Under the pieces are notes generated by a model. It was given only the letters and a program-made list of their open reading frames with translations, ran no database searches and was not told where the DNA came from. A stretch of DNA of 64,000 nt, taken from an uncultured delta proteobacterium. Lineage in GTDB: Bacteria > Desulfobacterota > Desulfuromonadia > Geobacterales > DSM-12255. The stretch covers positions 64,001 through 128,000 of the forward strand of contig CAWBBV010000002.1 of assembly GCA_963787125.1 (NCBI GenBank), given 5' to 3'. Position numbers and translations under genes: made by a program. This document shows, in pieces, positions 1 to 10,065 of the stretch. Within the stretch, counting starts at the first letter, position 1, and every line of letters starts with the position of its first letter.

Positions 1-870
1 CACCAGGAAATAGACTATGCCGAGAATCAGCAGGGTTCCGGCCAGAAAAATCTGGGTATCAAGAGCGTCGTGGCGCAGGGTCGAGATGAGTATTTCCCGG
101 ATCAGGGCGACAATGATAACGCCAATGAACACCAGAATATTAAACTTGCCACCTTTGAGAGTTTTGATCTCGTTATCCATTAGTTCGATCATCATCCAGA
201 TAATCAGCAGCGTGCCGAGGGCACCGAGAATCCCTTTTTCCATATCCCCGTGAAAAATATGGCTGATGTCCCAGATAAAAAGCCCGACGACGCCCAAAGA
301 GACGCCAGCAAGAGCGAGGACCAGCACCAGATTGAGGCCGTAGGTAAACCGTTCGGTCGCATGGATCAGCTTGGATTCGAGCCGGTGGGAAAGAAAAACC
401 TTATTCAGCTCCTCTTGTTGGAAGGAAGTGCTCATGATATCCAGGTTGATATCAATGATTTTTTCGACAGCGTTGCGGAATTTACGCCGCTTGGATACGT
501 CCGGAAAGTTTTCCTGAAGGACTTCGATGAGAAAGTGGCGGATCACGTTCATGGCCGCGTTGACAAAGTGGGCATTGAGGCCGATCCGGACATGAGCCTG
601 ACCGATCCGCTGGAGGGTATGGTGGTAAAGGTTGTCATAGGTGCCGGAGAAGAGGTTGACAAACCACTCCTGATGAGTGTTCCTGAGCCGATTGCGGAGT
701 TGGTCGTCTTTGAGAAAAGCTGCTGTTTCCGGAATGCCGAGCAGATAGTCGTAGAATTCATCGGCCATCCGCTCTTTTGACGCCTCAGCCAGAGGATGCA
801 GCGACTTCAGCAACTCAGCATCCGCCTCCGTGAAAAAATAGTGGCTTTTGATTTCAGTGATAGTGACCAT
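1..870 (-). CDS. Protoglobin-domain / PsiE-family membrane protein (3' end runs off window)
   Basis: Manual translation from ATG at 870 gives MVTITEIKSHYFFTEADAELL..ADEFYDYL..THQEWF..IGQAHVRIGL (globin-sensor fold), then hydrophobic helices with IVALIREIL (PsiE-like). Absent from the ORF track because it has no stop inside the window. Confidence 0.8.
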   Translation of the reverse strand, partial: MVTITEIKSHYFFTEADAELLKSLHPLAEASKERMADEFYDYLLGIPETAAFLKDDQLRNRLRNTHQEWFVNLFSGTYDNLYHHTLQRIGQAHVRIGLNAHFVNAAMNVIRHFLIEVLQENFPDVSKRRKFRNAVEKIIDINLDIMSTSFQQEELNKVFLSHRLESKLIHATERFTYGLNLVLVLALAGVSLGVVGLFIWDISHIFHGDMEKGILGALGTLLIIWMMIELMDNEIKTLKGGKFNILVFIGVIIVALIREILISTLRHDALDTQIFLAGTLLILGIVYFLV

Positions 871-875
871 AGCAG

Positions 876-1538
876 CTAGCCTTTACCCATCTGCAGCAAA
901 CATTCGTCACCGCTCACCGAATCAAGCCGGTTCAGCCGCTCGCTGTCGCGCAGTTCAAAATAGTCGCCAGGTGTATTGATATTGATGAAGGAGACAAAGG
1001 CCGGGTCGAAAAAAGCCACCTGCTCCTGGTTCATCCGGCTGACATTGGTCCGGTCGAAAAACGAGACAATCCGCCGTTGCCCGCTTAAAAGCGTAGCCTC
1101 AATAGCAGCCAGGCACCCCTTGCCATAAACGGCATGGAGCGGTTCAAGCCCACCGGGACTCTCGGGAATCAGAACACCGCCGGCATCGGCGCGACTGGCA
1201 AGATGACGAATCAGATCATCCACCAGATACGGCATGTCACAGGCAACAGCAAAGATAGCAGGACTATTGCTGTGATAAAGCCCGGAATGAATCCCGGCCA
1301 GTACCCCCATCCCTGCGTGCAGGTCAGGCACCTTGCGACAGGGGAGAAATTCGTACTGCTCCGGGTTGTTGGTGACCATGATGACTTCGGCAAAAATCTC
1401 TGCCAGTTGACGATGGATCGCTTCGACGAAACGCCCCCCCCGATACGGCAGCAGCGCCTTGTTGCTCCCCATGCGGGTCGACTTCCCCCCTGCCAGGATA
1501 ACCCCGGTAACTCCGGTAATGCGCATATCAGACTCCAT
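876..1538 (-). CDS. mobA: Molybdenum cofactor guanylyltransferase
   Basis: GVILAGGKSTRMGSNKALL, VACDMPY, LEPLHAVY and NINTP motifs; lies in the fdh operon. Confidence 0.93.
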   Translation of the reverse strand: MESDMRITGVTGVILAGGKSTRMGSNKALLPYRGGRFVEAIHRQLAEIFAEVIMVTNNPEQYEFLPCRKVPDLHAGMGVLAGIHSGLYHSNSPAIFAVACDMPYLVDDLIRHLASRADAGGVLIPESPGGLEPLHAVYGKGCLAAIEATLLSGQRRIVSFFDRTNVSRMNQEQVAFFDPAFVSFININTPGDYFELRDSERLNRLDSVSGDECLLQMGKG

Positions 1539-1549
1539 AAATAATAACG

Positions 1550-2185
1550 CTAACGTGTAATGGTTTTCTGCCCCGGTTTCCAGTTGAGCGGGCAGAGACC
1601 GGCACTCTGAAGCCCTTCCAGCACTCTCAGCACCTCTTCAACACTGCGGCCGACAGAAAGATTATGGACCACCTGATACTGGACGACCCCTTCCGGATCT
1701 ACGATAAAAAGACCACGCAAGGCAACCCCTTCCTTGTTGTCCAGAACACCGTAACGTTGGGCCATCTCTTTTTTAATGTCAGAAAACAGCGGATATTTCA
1801 GATCGCCCAAATCACCCCGTTTGAGCCAGGCCAGATGGGCAAATTTGCCGTCCACCGAGCCACCAAGGACGGCAGCATTCAATTTGGTGAACCGTTCCAG
1901 CTCCTTGTTAAAGCCGGTAATTTCAGTCGGACAGATAAAAGAAAAATCAGCCGGATAAAAAAACAGCACCAGCCATTTGCCCCGGTAATCATCCAGACTG
2001 ACTGTTTTGACCGTCGCTCCGTCAATAGCCTCTACCTTGAAAGGTGGGGCGGGTTCCCCCACTTTGGCAAAGGACCTGGCGGATGCGGGGGCAGTGTCAT
2101 CGGCCCGGCTGGTGTCAATACAGCCGAATATGAGCACCACCAGGAACCATGTTAAAGTAAATGGCAGTTTACTGTACCCTTTCAT
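1550..2185 (-). CDS. 2-Cys peroxiredoxin (AhpC/TSA) with N-terminal export-like peptide
   Basis: FFYPADFSFICPTEI peroxidatic motif, GRSVEEVLR and LCPLNW resolving Cys. Start chosen at MKGYSK. Confidence 0.88.
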   Translation of the reverse strand: MKGYSKLPFTLTWFLVVLIFGCIDTSRADDTAPASARSFAKVGEPAPPFKVEAIDGATVKTVSLDDYRGKWLVLFFYPADFSFICPTEITGFNKELERFTKLNAAVLGGSVDGKFAHLAWLKRGDLGDLKYPLFSDIKKEMAQRYGVLDNKEGVALRGLFIVDPEGVVQYQVVHNLSVGRSVEEVLRVLEGLQSAGLCPLNWKPGQKTITR

Positions 2186-2210
2186 AGTCTGCACCCCTTC
2201 ATTTGAAACG

Positions 2211-2600
2211 CTATTTAGTGCTACCGGCGCGTACTTTTGCCACCGCGATTTCAAACTGTTCAGCCGTAAAACCTTTCAGGATCTCCTGATCCTTGCCGAT
2301 AATAACTACCGGCACCCCATAGGTTTTGTATTTCTGCACCAGCTCCTCCATGGCCGCCGGTTCCAGCTCCACATCCCTGTTGATGAACGGGATGTTTCTG
2401 GAAGTCAGGTATTCTTTCAGCTCGCGGCAATGGGGACACCAGGAGACCGTATAGATGACAATCCTGGGATAGGTTGATTTTTTGGGTGCTGCCGGGTTGA
2501 GTATGGTCTGAGCATGTGGAGCGGCGGCAGCCCGGTAAGGTGCGACGAAAACGACCACCAGAGCAGACACGATAAGCAGTGCTAGTTTTACCAGGTACAT
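2211..2600 (-). CDS. Glutaredoxin-family protein with signal peptide
   Basis: YTVSWCPHC redox motif, GVPVVIIG cis-Pro motif, hydrophobic N-terminus ending AAAA. Confidence 0.85.
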   Translation of the reverse strand: MYLVKLALLIVSALVVVFVAPYRAAAAPHAQTILNPAAPKKSTYPRIVIYTVSWCPHCRELKEYLTSRNIPFINRDVELEPAAMEELVQKYKTYGVPVVIIGKDQEILKGFTAEQFEIAVAKVRAGSTK

Positions 2601-2623
2601 AAAGCAAACTCCTTGCGCCGACG

Positions 2624-3466
2624 TTACTTTCCCCGTTCAAAACCCTCACGCGAGGCAAGCAGATCGAGATGAATGGTCAGCAGATCCTCTATTTCAAGCG
2701 GCACATCGCTTCCCCCTTTGCGGGAATCACGGGTCTTGATATAGCGACTGCACCCCTTGCAGCTGTCCACGCGGATAGCCCCCCCTTCGGCAGTAAAGTA
2801 GGAGAGTTTTTCCACATCTTCGGTAGCGCAGTACGGGCACTTGAGCCGTTTGAACTGCCAACGGGTGTTACAGGTGGCACAACAGAGGTGACGTCGCCCC
2901 TCTTCACCGACCAGTTCGGCCATCCCGGCCCGCGAACCGCAAAAAGGACAGTTCCCACCCTCCCAGTTGTCATAGCTGCCTGCTGCGATGCTGGCGGCCG
3001 CCAGCTCAAGAGCCGTGCGGAGCGGAATTTCAAACAGATACTCGATCAAGGGGGGCGGGACATCGGCAGTAGCGGCAGCCTCGTCCAGCGCCGGCCTTCG
3101 GCGCTCCAGAATAGCCGCAAACAGCGCCCCTGGATCAAGCAAACCACCCTCCAATGACGCACCGATACGGGCCAGCTCCGGCTGCCCCTCCCGACCGGCG
3201 GCGGTCAGCACCTGGATAATCCCGGCCATAAATGCAACGGTCTGCTCCCGGTCAACAGCCAGATTCAGGGCTGAGACAAGGGGAAAACCATTACTGATTT
3301 TTACGGCAGGAGCGACTTCATCGAACTTGATCGTGATCCCTGTTTTATCTTCACGGCCGGAGATATATTCATACAGCCCGGCAAAGAGCGGGACAATCTC
3401 GGCATATTCCGGAGAATTTGCGGCAGCAGCCCGCAGAGCGGTCAGTTTGTCGGCAGTACTGGTCAT
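2624..3466 (-). CDS. fdhE: Formate dehydrogenase accessory protein FdhE
   Basis: CPFCGS, CATCNTRW, CPYC and CKGCSRYIK Cys pairs; downstream of fdnGHI. Confidence 0.92.
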   Translation of the reverse strand: MTSTADKLTALRAAAANSPEYAEIVPLFAGLYEYISGREDKTGITIKFDEVAPAVKISNGFPLVSALNLAVDREQTVAFMAGIIQVLTAAGREGQPELARIGASLEGGLLDPGALFAAILERRRPALDEAAATADVPPPLIEYLFEIPLRTALELAAASIAAGSYDNWEGGNCPFCGSRAGMAELVGEEGRRHLCCATCNTRWQFKRLKCPYCATEDVEKLSYFTAEGGAIRVDSCKGCSRYIKTRDSRKGGSDVPLEIEDLLTIHLDLLASREGFERGK

Positions 3467-3527
3467 TTTTTTCTCCGTTATAAGGGGATTAGGCTATAAG
3501 GCTGAAGAGCAAAAGAAAACATCAAGG

Positions 3528-3638
3528 GCAATAGAACACGGATCAAATCTGATTGAACGGATTCCCACGGATTAAACAAGAAATAAGGTTTTAGATCTGC
3601 GTAAATCCGTTAAATCCGCGTCATCCGTGTTCTATTGC
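3528..3638. repeat. Palindromic intergenic element (REP/MITE-like)
   Basis: Perfect 16-bp terminal inverted repeat GCAATAGAACACGGAT / ATCCGTGTTCTATTGC with internal ACGGAT/ATCCG units. Confidence 0.7.
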
Positions 3639-3666
3639 AGTTGAAGTTCTAAAGTTAAATACTCCC

Positions 3667-4278
3667 TTACTCTCCGGAAACTTCCTTATACCATTTCGGA
3701 TGATGCTTTTTGGCCCAGCGTTTGCCCACATCACCATAAAGCATCGCCTCGATGGTGCCCGGATTGCCGATGGTCGCCAGATAAACATGCACAACGACAA
3801 ACATGATCGAGCCGACAAACATCAGCCCATGAAGCATCAGCGACAGCTGGACAATCCAGCGGGGAAAGCTGGTCGGCATCCAGATGAAGACGCCGGTAAC
3901 GCCGAGAATCAGGGTCGCCAAGCCGATGAAGATGGCAAAGATCTTCTGCCCCGGATTGTATTTGCCGATATTGAAGTGAGACTCGCTGCGTGAGAGGTAA
4001 CCACCTTGTGTCTTGAACCACTCCTTGTCGTCTTCGTCAAAAGTTGAAATGTCCTTCTTGTGATTTAGGTACATGTAGATGGAGGAGAAGAAAAACAGCA
4101 CCCCGGCAACTTTATGCACCAGGATAGCGTTGACCCCACCGCCGAACAGATTAAAATAACCGTTGAAGAGCCGCGAATAGAGCCCAAGCCCGGACAGCAG
4201 CAGGGTAAAGAAGCTGACAGTAACTATCCAGTGAAGAACACGCTCGCTGGTTTTGAATCTTTCGATGCTGTTACTCAT
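3667..4278 (-). CDS. fdnI: Formate dehydrogenase gamma (cytochrome b) subunit
   Basis: ERVLHW, KYNPGQK, HVYLA and WAKKHHPKWY motifs; four TM helices. Confidence 0.92.
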   Translation of the reverse strand: MSNSIERFKTSERVLHWIVTVSFFTLLLSGLGLYSRLFNGYFNLFGGGVNAILVHKVAGVLFFFSSIYMYLNHKKDISTFDEDDKEWFKTQGGYLSRSESHFNIGKYNPGQKIFAIFIGLATLILGVTGVFIWMPTSFPRWIVQLSLMLHGLMFVGSIMFVVVHVYLATIGNPGTIEAMLYGDVGKRWAKKHHPKWYKEVSGE

Positions 4279-5062
4279 GGTCGCCCCCCTTGCCATCTTC
4301 CTCATGCTCAATCTTTTTAGGCCCGATCGTCACGTAATGCAGCAGCATTGCCCCGATACTCCCCCAGAAACCGAGGATGCCGAGCGGCTTAATCACATCC
4401 TTCCAAAGGAAAATAGAGAACGGGATGCTGGGGCTGGCAGGAAGACCGTACTGCTCCGGCGGACCTTCCAGTGCGTAGACCACCCCCAGACCATTGAGGT
4501 CATCGACGCCGTAAAGAGTTTTTTTAGCGGCGGTTGCCTTGGCAATCAGATCACTCCGCTTGCCATACTTGAGGGTCTCTGTCGGACAGGCCTTGGCGCA
4601 GGCCGGGATCATGCCGCCACCGATCCGGTCCAGACAAAGGTGGCATTTGCTGACCTTGTCATCGCTGTCGTAGCGCGGAATATTGAACGGACAGGCAGAG
4701 ACGCAGTACTTGCAGGAGATACACTTCTCCTTATTGTAAGCAACAATGCCGTCTTTGGTTCGATAAAGCGCCCCCGGCGAAGGGCAGACTTTCATACAAC
4801 CTGCCTCTCCGCAGTGCATGCAGCGCTCATTGAAAAAAAGCCAGGAGACCTCCCCCGAATTCTCTTTTTCAATAAATTTTATGCGGTTGTAAAGGGCCGG
4901 TGTCAGGTCACGGGGGTTTTCGAAGGTCCCCTTGTTGGCGGTTTTGTCGGCATCGAGTTTATTCCACTGCTTGCAGGCAACCTGACAGGAGCGGCAACCG
5001 ATGCAACGAGAGGTATCGACGAGAAAACCCTTACGGGCAGCTTGGTTGATGTTATCGGCCAT
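4271..5062 (-). CDS. fdnH: Formate dehydrogenase beta (Fe-S) subunit
   Basis: CIGCRSCQVAC, CMHC..C..VCP, CISCKYCVSACP and KCHLC..R..PACAKACP ferredoxin motifs; C-terminal TM anchor. Confidence 0.93.
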   Translation of the reverse strand: MADNINQAARKGFLVDTSRCIGCRSCQVACKQWNKLDADKTANKGTFENPRDLTPALYNRIKFIEKENSGEVSWLFFNERCMHCGEAGCMKVCPSPGALYRTKDGIVAYNKEKCISCKYCVSACPFNIPRYDSDDKVSKCHLCLDRIGGGMIPACAKACPTETLKYGKRSDLIAKATAAKKTLYGVDDLNGLGVVYALEGPPEQYGLPASPSIPFSIFLWKDVIKPLGILGFWGSIGAMLLHYVTIGPKKIEHEEDGKGGDHE

Positions 5063-5065
5063 GAC

Positions 5066-8000
5066 TTACCCCTTTCTCGCGATCCCGACCATGAATGCCT
5101 TGGTTTCGGGAATCATCGTGTTGGCATCACCCGCAGTCGGGGTCAGCAGATTAGCGGAGTCGCCCACACCGGGGGTGTGCCAGCCAAAGCACCAGGGAAG
5201 ACCGATTTGATGGACAATCCGGTCGCCGATTTTGAACGGTTTTATCCGCGGAGTGACCATGGCAACGGCATCGATCTTGCCGCGGGCCGAGGAGACCTCA
5301 ATTATATCACCATTATTGATATTTTTCTCCTTGGCCAGTTCGACACTGAGCTCGCAGAACTGCCGCGGCTGCAACTCCAAAAGCCAAGGGGTGTTACGGG
5401 TCATGACCCCGGTCTGCCAGTGTTCTGTGACCCGGTAGGTGGTGGCCACAAGCGGAAAGCGCACATCACAGGAAGCAAGCACATCTTCTTTGATGTTGGC
5501 ATCGCTGAACACTTTGCTGGCCGGATTGGTCATCTGCTTGGAGAAGAAGTTTTCCGGCACTGGACACTCCACCGGCTCGTAATGCTCGGGGAAAGGTCCG
5601 TCTTTCAGGCCCGGGCCAAAAATGGCGGCAACGCCGTCAGCCCGCATGATGAAAGGTTTTCTCCCTTCTTTTTCGTCCGCCATCGGCGGCCAGGGGCCAT
5701 CCGGTACATCACCGACCCAGGCCCCCAGGGCTCCGGTCGGCAGGACAGCAGTCGGATTCCAGTAGACGACTGCTTTTTTAAGATTGTACGGCTTACCGGT
5801 CGGATCGCAGGAAGCGCGGTTGTAAATGATGCGGCGGTTGACCGGCCAGCACCAGGTCCACTCCGGGAACATCCCCAGGCCGGTCGGGTCCTTTTTGACC
5901 CGGCGGGCCATCATATTCCCCTTTTCGTTATAGCTCTGACTATAAATCCACGAACCGCAGGAGGTGGTGCCATCGGCCTGCAGCTGGGCAAAGCCGCCGG
6001 TCAGTTCACCTTTCTTGCCAAGCATCTTTTTCGGTGCCCAGGCTGGCGGTGGCGGCGGCGCTTTTTCGCCCGGTTTGAGCGGTTTCGGCTTCTCCTCCAC
6101 ATCTTCGAGGAAATAACCGTTGATCTCTTTGGCGACCGCATGGGTGTCAATGCTCTTGATGGTGCCGTCAGCCCTTTTGAAGCCGTAGTTCCAGGTAAGA
6201 TTCGTCAGCTGTTCCGGCAGTGCGCCCCCCTCCTTGGCGTAAAGCGCTTTAACTTTCTGGAACAGTTCATGAATAATTTCCGCGTCCGGCTTGCTCTGCC
6301 CCAGCGGCTTGACTGCGGCAGTGCGCCACTGGGCCCAGCGACCGGAGTTGGTGACGGATCCCTCTTTTTCAAAAGAGGCTGCGGCCGGGAGAAAGAACAC
6401 TTCGGTTTTTATCTTGGCGGAATCCACCCCCGGTCCTTTCCAGAAGGAAGCGGTTTCGTTGTCAAACAGGTTGGTTGTCACCATCCAGTCCAGTTTGGCA
6501 AGTGCCCCTCGCACCTTGTTGGAGTTGGAACCGGAACAGGCCGGATTCTGGCCCCAGGCAAAAAAGCCCTTGAACTTCCCTTTGATCATATTGTCAAAGA
6601 TCATCAGCCACGAACCGTTCATCCCCGGATCAAGCTTGGGCAGCCAGGCGTAACCGAAATCGTTCTCCTTGGTGGCTTTTGCCCCGTAAATAGCCTTCAG
6701 ATAGCTGATCAGGTACTTGTTGCGATTTCCCCACCAGTTGGCGCTCTGGGGATCTTTTGACTTGGGAGTATGCTTCTCAATGTAGGCCGCCGTATCCTTC
6801 AGCTCGGCCGACGGTACCGGCATGTAACCGGGGAGGATATGGAACAAAAGGCCGTGATCAGTGGATCCCTGAACATTGGATTCGCCGCGCAGGGCGTTGA
6901 TACCACCGCCAGCTATCCCCATATTGCCGAGGAGCAGCTGGATAATACACATGGCCCGGATGTTCTGGGTCCCGACCGTGTGCTGAGTCCACCCCATGGC
7001 ATACAGTTCGGTGCCGGCCTTGTCCGGTTTACCGGTTGATGCGTACAGTTTGTAAACCTCCAGCAGTTTTTCCTTCGGTGTGCCGGTAGTTTTTGAAACC
7101 AGTTCCGGGGTGTAACGGCTGTAATGCTTTTTCAGCAGTTGAAAGACACAATTTGGATCCTTCAGGGTCGGATCTTTCATGACGCTGTCATCGGCGTTTT
7201 TCTGAAAGGACCAGGATTTGACGTCATAACTCCGTTTTTTGGGATCGTAGCCGGAAAAGAGCCCGGCCAGTTCCCCCGGCAGCTTGAAATCGCCACTGAC
7301 CAGATAGGCCGAGTTGGTGTAGTCGCGCACGTACTGCTCGAAATGGAGATTGTTCTGGAGGATGTAGTTAATCATGCCGCCAAGAAAGGCTATGTCCGTG
7401 CCTGAACGCAATGGTGCGTACAGGTCGGCCTTGGCGGCGCTGCGAGTAAAACGGGGATCGACACAGATTACTTTTGCCCCGGCATCTTTGGCTTTCAGAA
7501 TCCAGCGAAAGGAAACCGGGTGGTTTTCAGCGGGGTTCGCCCCCATGATGAGGATTACATCGGAATTCTTGAAATCTATCCAGTGGTTCGTCATTGCACC
7601 GCGTCCGAACGACTCTGCCAGAGCCGCAACTGTTGCGCTGTGTCAAATGCGGGCCTGATGTTCAATATACACCAGGCCTAACCCCCTTAAGAATTTCTGG
7701 TACAGATAACACTCTTCATTATCCAGGGCGGCGCTACCGACCGAGGCCATCCCCATGGTGCGGTTGACCACAGCTTCGATCTCCTTCTCGACCTCAACAG
7801 TGCCGACCTTTTCCTTGATCTTGATCTTGCTGGTAGCCAGAAACGTGGTATCACGGGCCGTCTTGACCTTTTTGGCAATCTCGTCCAGCGCCCAGTCCCA
7901 GGTAACCTCCTGCCAGTCGCTGGCACCGGCGGGACGGTACATCGGCTTCGTAACACGGGCCTTGTTGTCGCGCAGTTGGTAGACGGAGGAGCCTTTCGGG

Positions 8001-8245
8001 CAGAGCGAACCCTCGTTGATCGGATGGTCCGGGTCGCCCTCGACGTTGATGATATTGCCACCCTGGGTGTGGACGATCATGCCGCAGCCGACCGAGCAGT
8101 AAGGGCAGATGGTGGTGCTCTCCTTGGCGTGCTGGATGGCAAGGCCTTCCGCCTTGGCCTCCAGCGGGGCAAGACTGAGGCCGAAGGTGGATACCGCTAT
8201 CCCCGCTCCTGAAAACTTCAAAAAATCTCTTCTTGATACTCCCAT
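5066..8245 (-). CDS. fdnG: Formate dehydrogenase alpha subunit, selenoprotein (in-frame UGA at 7643-7645)
   Basis: ORFs 7643..8251 and 5066..7594 join in frame through TGA: EHQARI-U-HSATVAALAESFGRGAMTNHW. Tat signal SRRDFLK and CPYCSVGC Fe-S motif. Confidence 0.96.
7609..7627 (-). promoter_or_regulatory. SECIS hairpin of fdnG
   Basis: Minus-strand GCGGCTCT-GGC-AGAGTCGT stem-loop starting 15 nt 3' of the UGA. Confidence 0.75.
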
Positions 8246-8679
8246 AGGCATTCCTCCAGGGTGTTTTTATGTGTTACAACGGATGGCGCAGCGCTAAAAT
8301 GATGGTGTCGCTTTACAAATAAACCAATGTGTCATATCTATACAGGAGTGGCCTGGCAGGCAAGCCCAACTAATATCTGGCCAATTCATTGATATTCAAG
8401 ATAAAAGCGTTCGGCAGCAGAATACATAGAAACGCTTAACCCAGATAACTTACAATATGTATGCCGCTGTCAAAGTATAATAGAACAAATGTTTAATCAG
8501 CATAACCGGGCGAAATCCCTGGTTTTTTCATTAACAAAAAGCCGCTGGCCGTCTTGTAAGACCGGTTTTGGGTAGATATTTCCGACAATGTATCTTTTTG
8601 ATACATTCTGAGACAGAAGCGGCGGCCACCGCTGGCCGCTTGCGGTAGGCAGTTCGAAACGGTAATTGCTGGAGAAACT

Positions 8680-10065
8680 ATGCGCGAAAAAAAAATCATC
8701 ATCTGCGACGACGAAAAGGAGATTCTCCGGTACCTGAAAAAAATCCTCACGTCGCTGGGATTTAGTGTCGACACCTACAGCGACAGCAAAACCATGCTCG
8801 ATCGACTGGAAGCAGACAGCCTCTACACTCCGGACTTTCTGGTCCAGGATATCTGCATGCCCGGCATTGATGGCATCAAGGTCCTGAAGAAAGTGCGCCT
8901 GCTGCGCCCCGACTTGCCGGTGGTAATCATGACAGCTTTTGGCACCATCGACTCTGCCGTGGAAGCGATCAAGCACGGCGCCTACGATTACATTACCAAG
9001 CCGTTTCCCAAGGAAAAGCTGATCGACGTACTGGAAAAGGCGTTGGAAAGAGAGTCGTTGCTGCAGGAAAACCAGATCCTCAAGGAGGAGTTGACCCGCA
9101 AAACCTTCCCCACAGAGATTGTCTTTGTCAGCAGCAAATTCCGCGAACTTTACGAAATGACGCTCCAGGTTGCGGCCAGTGAAGCCAACATCCTGATACA
9201 GGGGGAGTCGGGAACAGGTAAGGAGCTCATCGCCCGGGCGATTCACTTCAACAGCGCTCGCCGGGAACAGCGCTACCTGACCATTAACTGTGCCGCTCTT
9301 ACCGACTCACTGTTGGAGAGTCAGCTGTTCGGCCACATCAAAGGGGCTTTTACCGGTGCCACGTCAACCCAGAAAGGACTCCTGGAAGCGGCTGACGGCG
9401 GCACCCTCTTTCTTGACGAAATCGGCGACATGACTCTCACTCTCCAGGCAAAAATACTGCGCGTCATTCAGGAGCGGGAATTTACCCCCGTCGGTTCCAC
9501 TGCCCCCAGACGCACCGATATCAGGATTGTCGCTGCAACCAACAAGGATCTTGAGCGGGAAGTTGCGGAGGGGCGCTTCAGGGAAGACCTTTACTACCGG
9601 CTTAACGTGATCACCCTCCAGCCGCCCCCCTTAAGGGAGCGTATCGAAGACCTTGAGCCGCTGGTGAAACATTTTCTCGAAAAATATTCGTGGCGGATGA
9701 AAAAGCAGGTTGACTCCATCTCCGGAGATGCCCTGAAACTCCTGGCCTCCTATCACTGGCCCGGTAATATCCGGGAACTGGAAAACATCATCGAACGGGG
9801 GATTATTCTCGCCAAAGGGCACCGGCTGACTGCCGACCTCCTGCCGATCCTTAAAGGGACCGGCTTGACTCAGTCCATGGGTAACGACGCAAAAGATTCC
9901 CTGGCAAGTGCGGAACGCAACCACATCGTCTGGGTTCTGAAGAAAAACTCTTACCACAAGAGCCGGACTGCTGAAATCCTCGGCATAACCCGTAAAACCC
10001 TGGATCGTAAAATTGCCGAATACGGCGTCATCACCCCCAGAAACAGTCAGGAGGCGGAGTCATAA
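8680..10065 (+). CDS. Sigma54-dependent response regulator (NtrC family)
   Basis: Receiver domain, [33 protein letters not shown] and Fis-type HTH. Confidence 0.95.
   Translation: MREKKIIICDDEKEILRYLKKILTSLGFSVDTYSDSKTMLDRLEADSLYTPDFLVQDICMPGIDGIKVLKKVRLLRPDLPVVIMTAFGTIDSAVEAIKHGAYDYITKPFPKEKLIDVLEKALERESLLQENQILKEELTRKTFPTEIVFVSSKFRELYEMTLQVAASEANILIQGESGTGKELIARAIHFNSARREQRYLTINCAALTDSLLESQLFGHIKGAFTGATSTQKGLLEAADGGTLFLDEIGDMTLTLQAKILRVIQEREFTPVGSTAPRRTDIRIVAATNKDLEREVAEGRFREDLYYRLNVITLQPPPLRERIEDLEPLVKHFLEKYSWRMKKQVDSISGDALKLLASYHWPGNIRELENIIERGIILAKGHRLTADLLPILKGTGLTQSMGNDAKDSLASAERNHIVWVLKKNSYHKSRTAEILGITRKTLDRKIAEYGVITPRNSQEAES

Noticed and set aside
4253..6760. 835-aa ORF on the + strand
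   Set aside because: Antisense shadow of fdnG/fdnH with no recognisable motifs.
7643..7645. Apparent nonsense mutation splitting fdnG
   Set aside because: It is the canonical Sec codon position, with a SECIS hairpin and selB/selC nearby.
8368..8384. Possible sigma54 promoter for the fdh operon (TTGGCCAGATATTAGTT, minus strand)
   Set aside because: The -12 element is GT rather than GC; too weak to call despite the adjacent activator.
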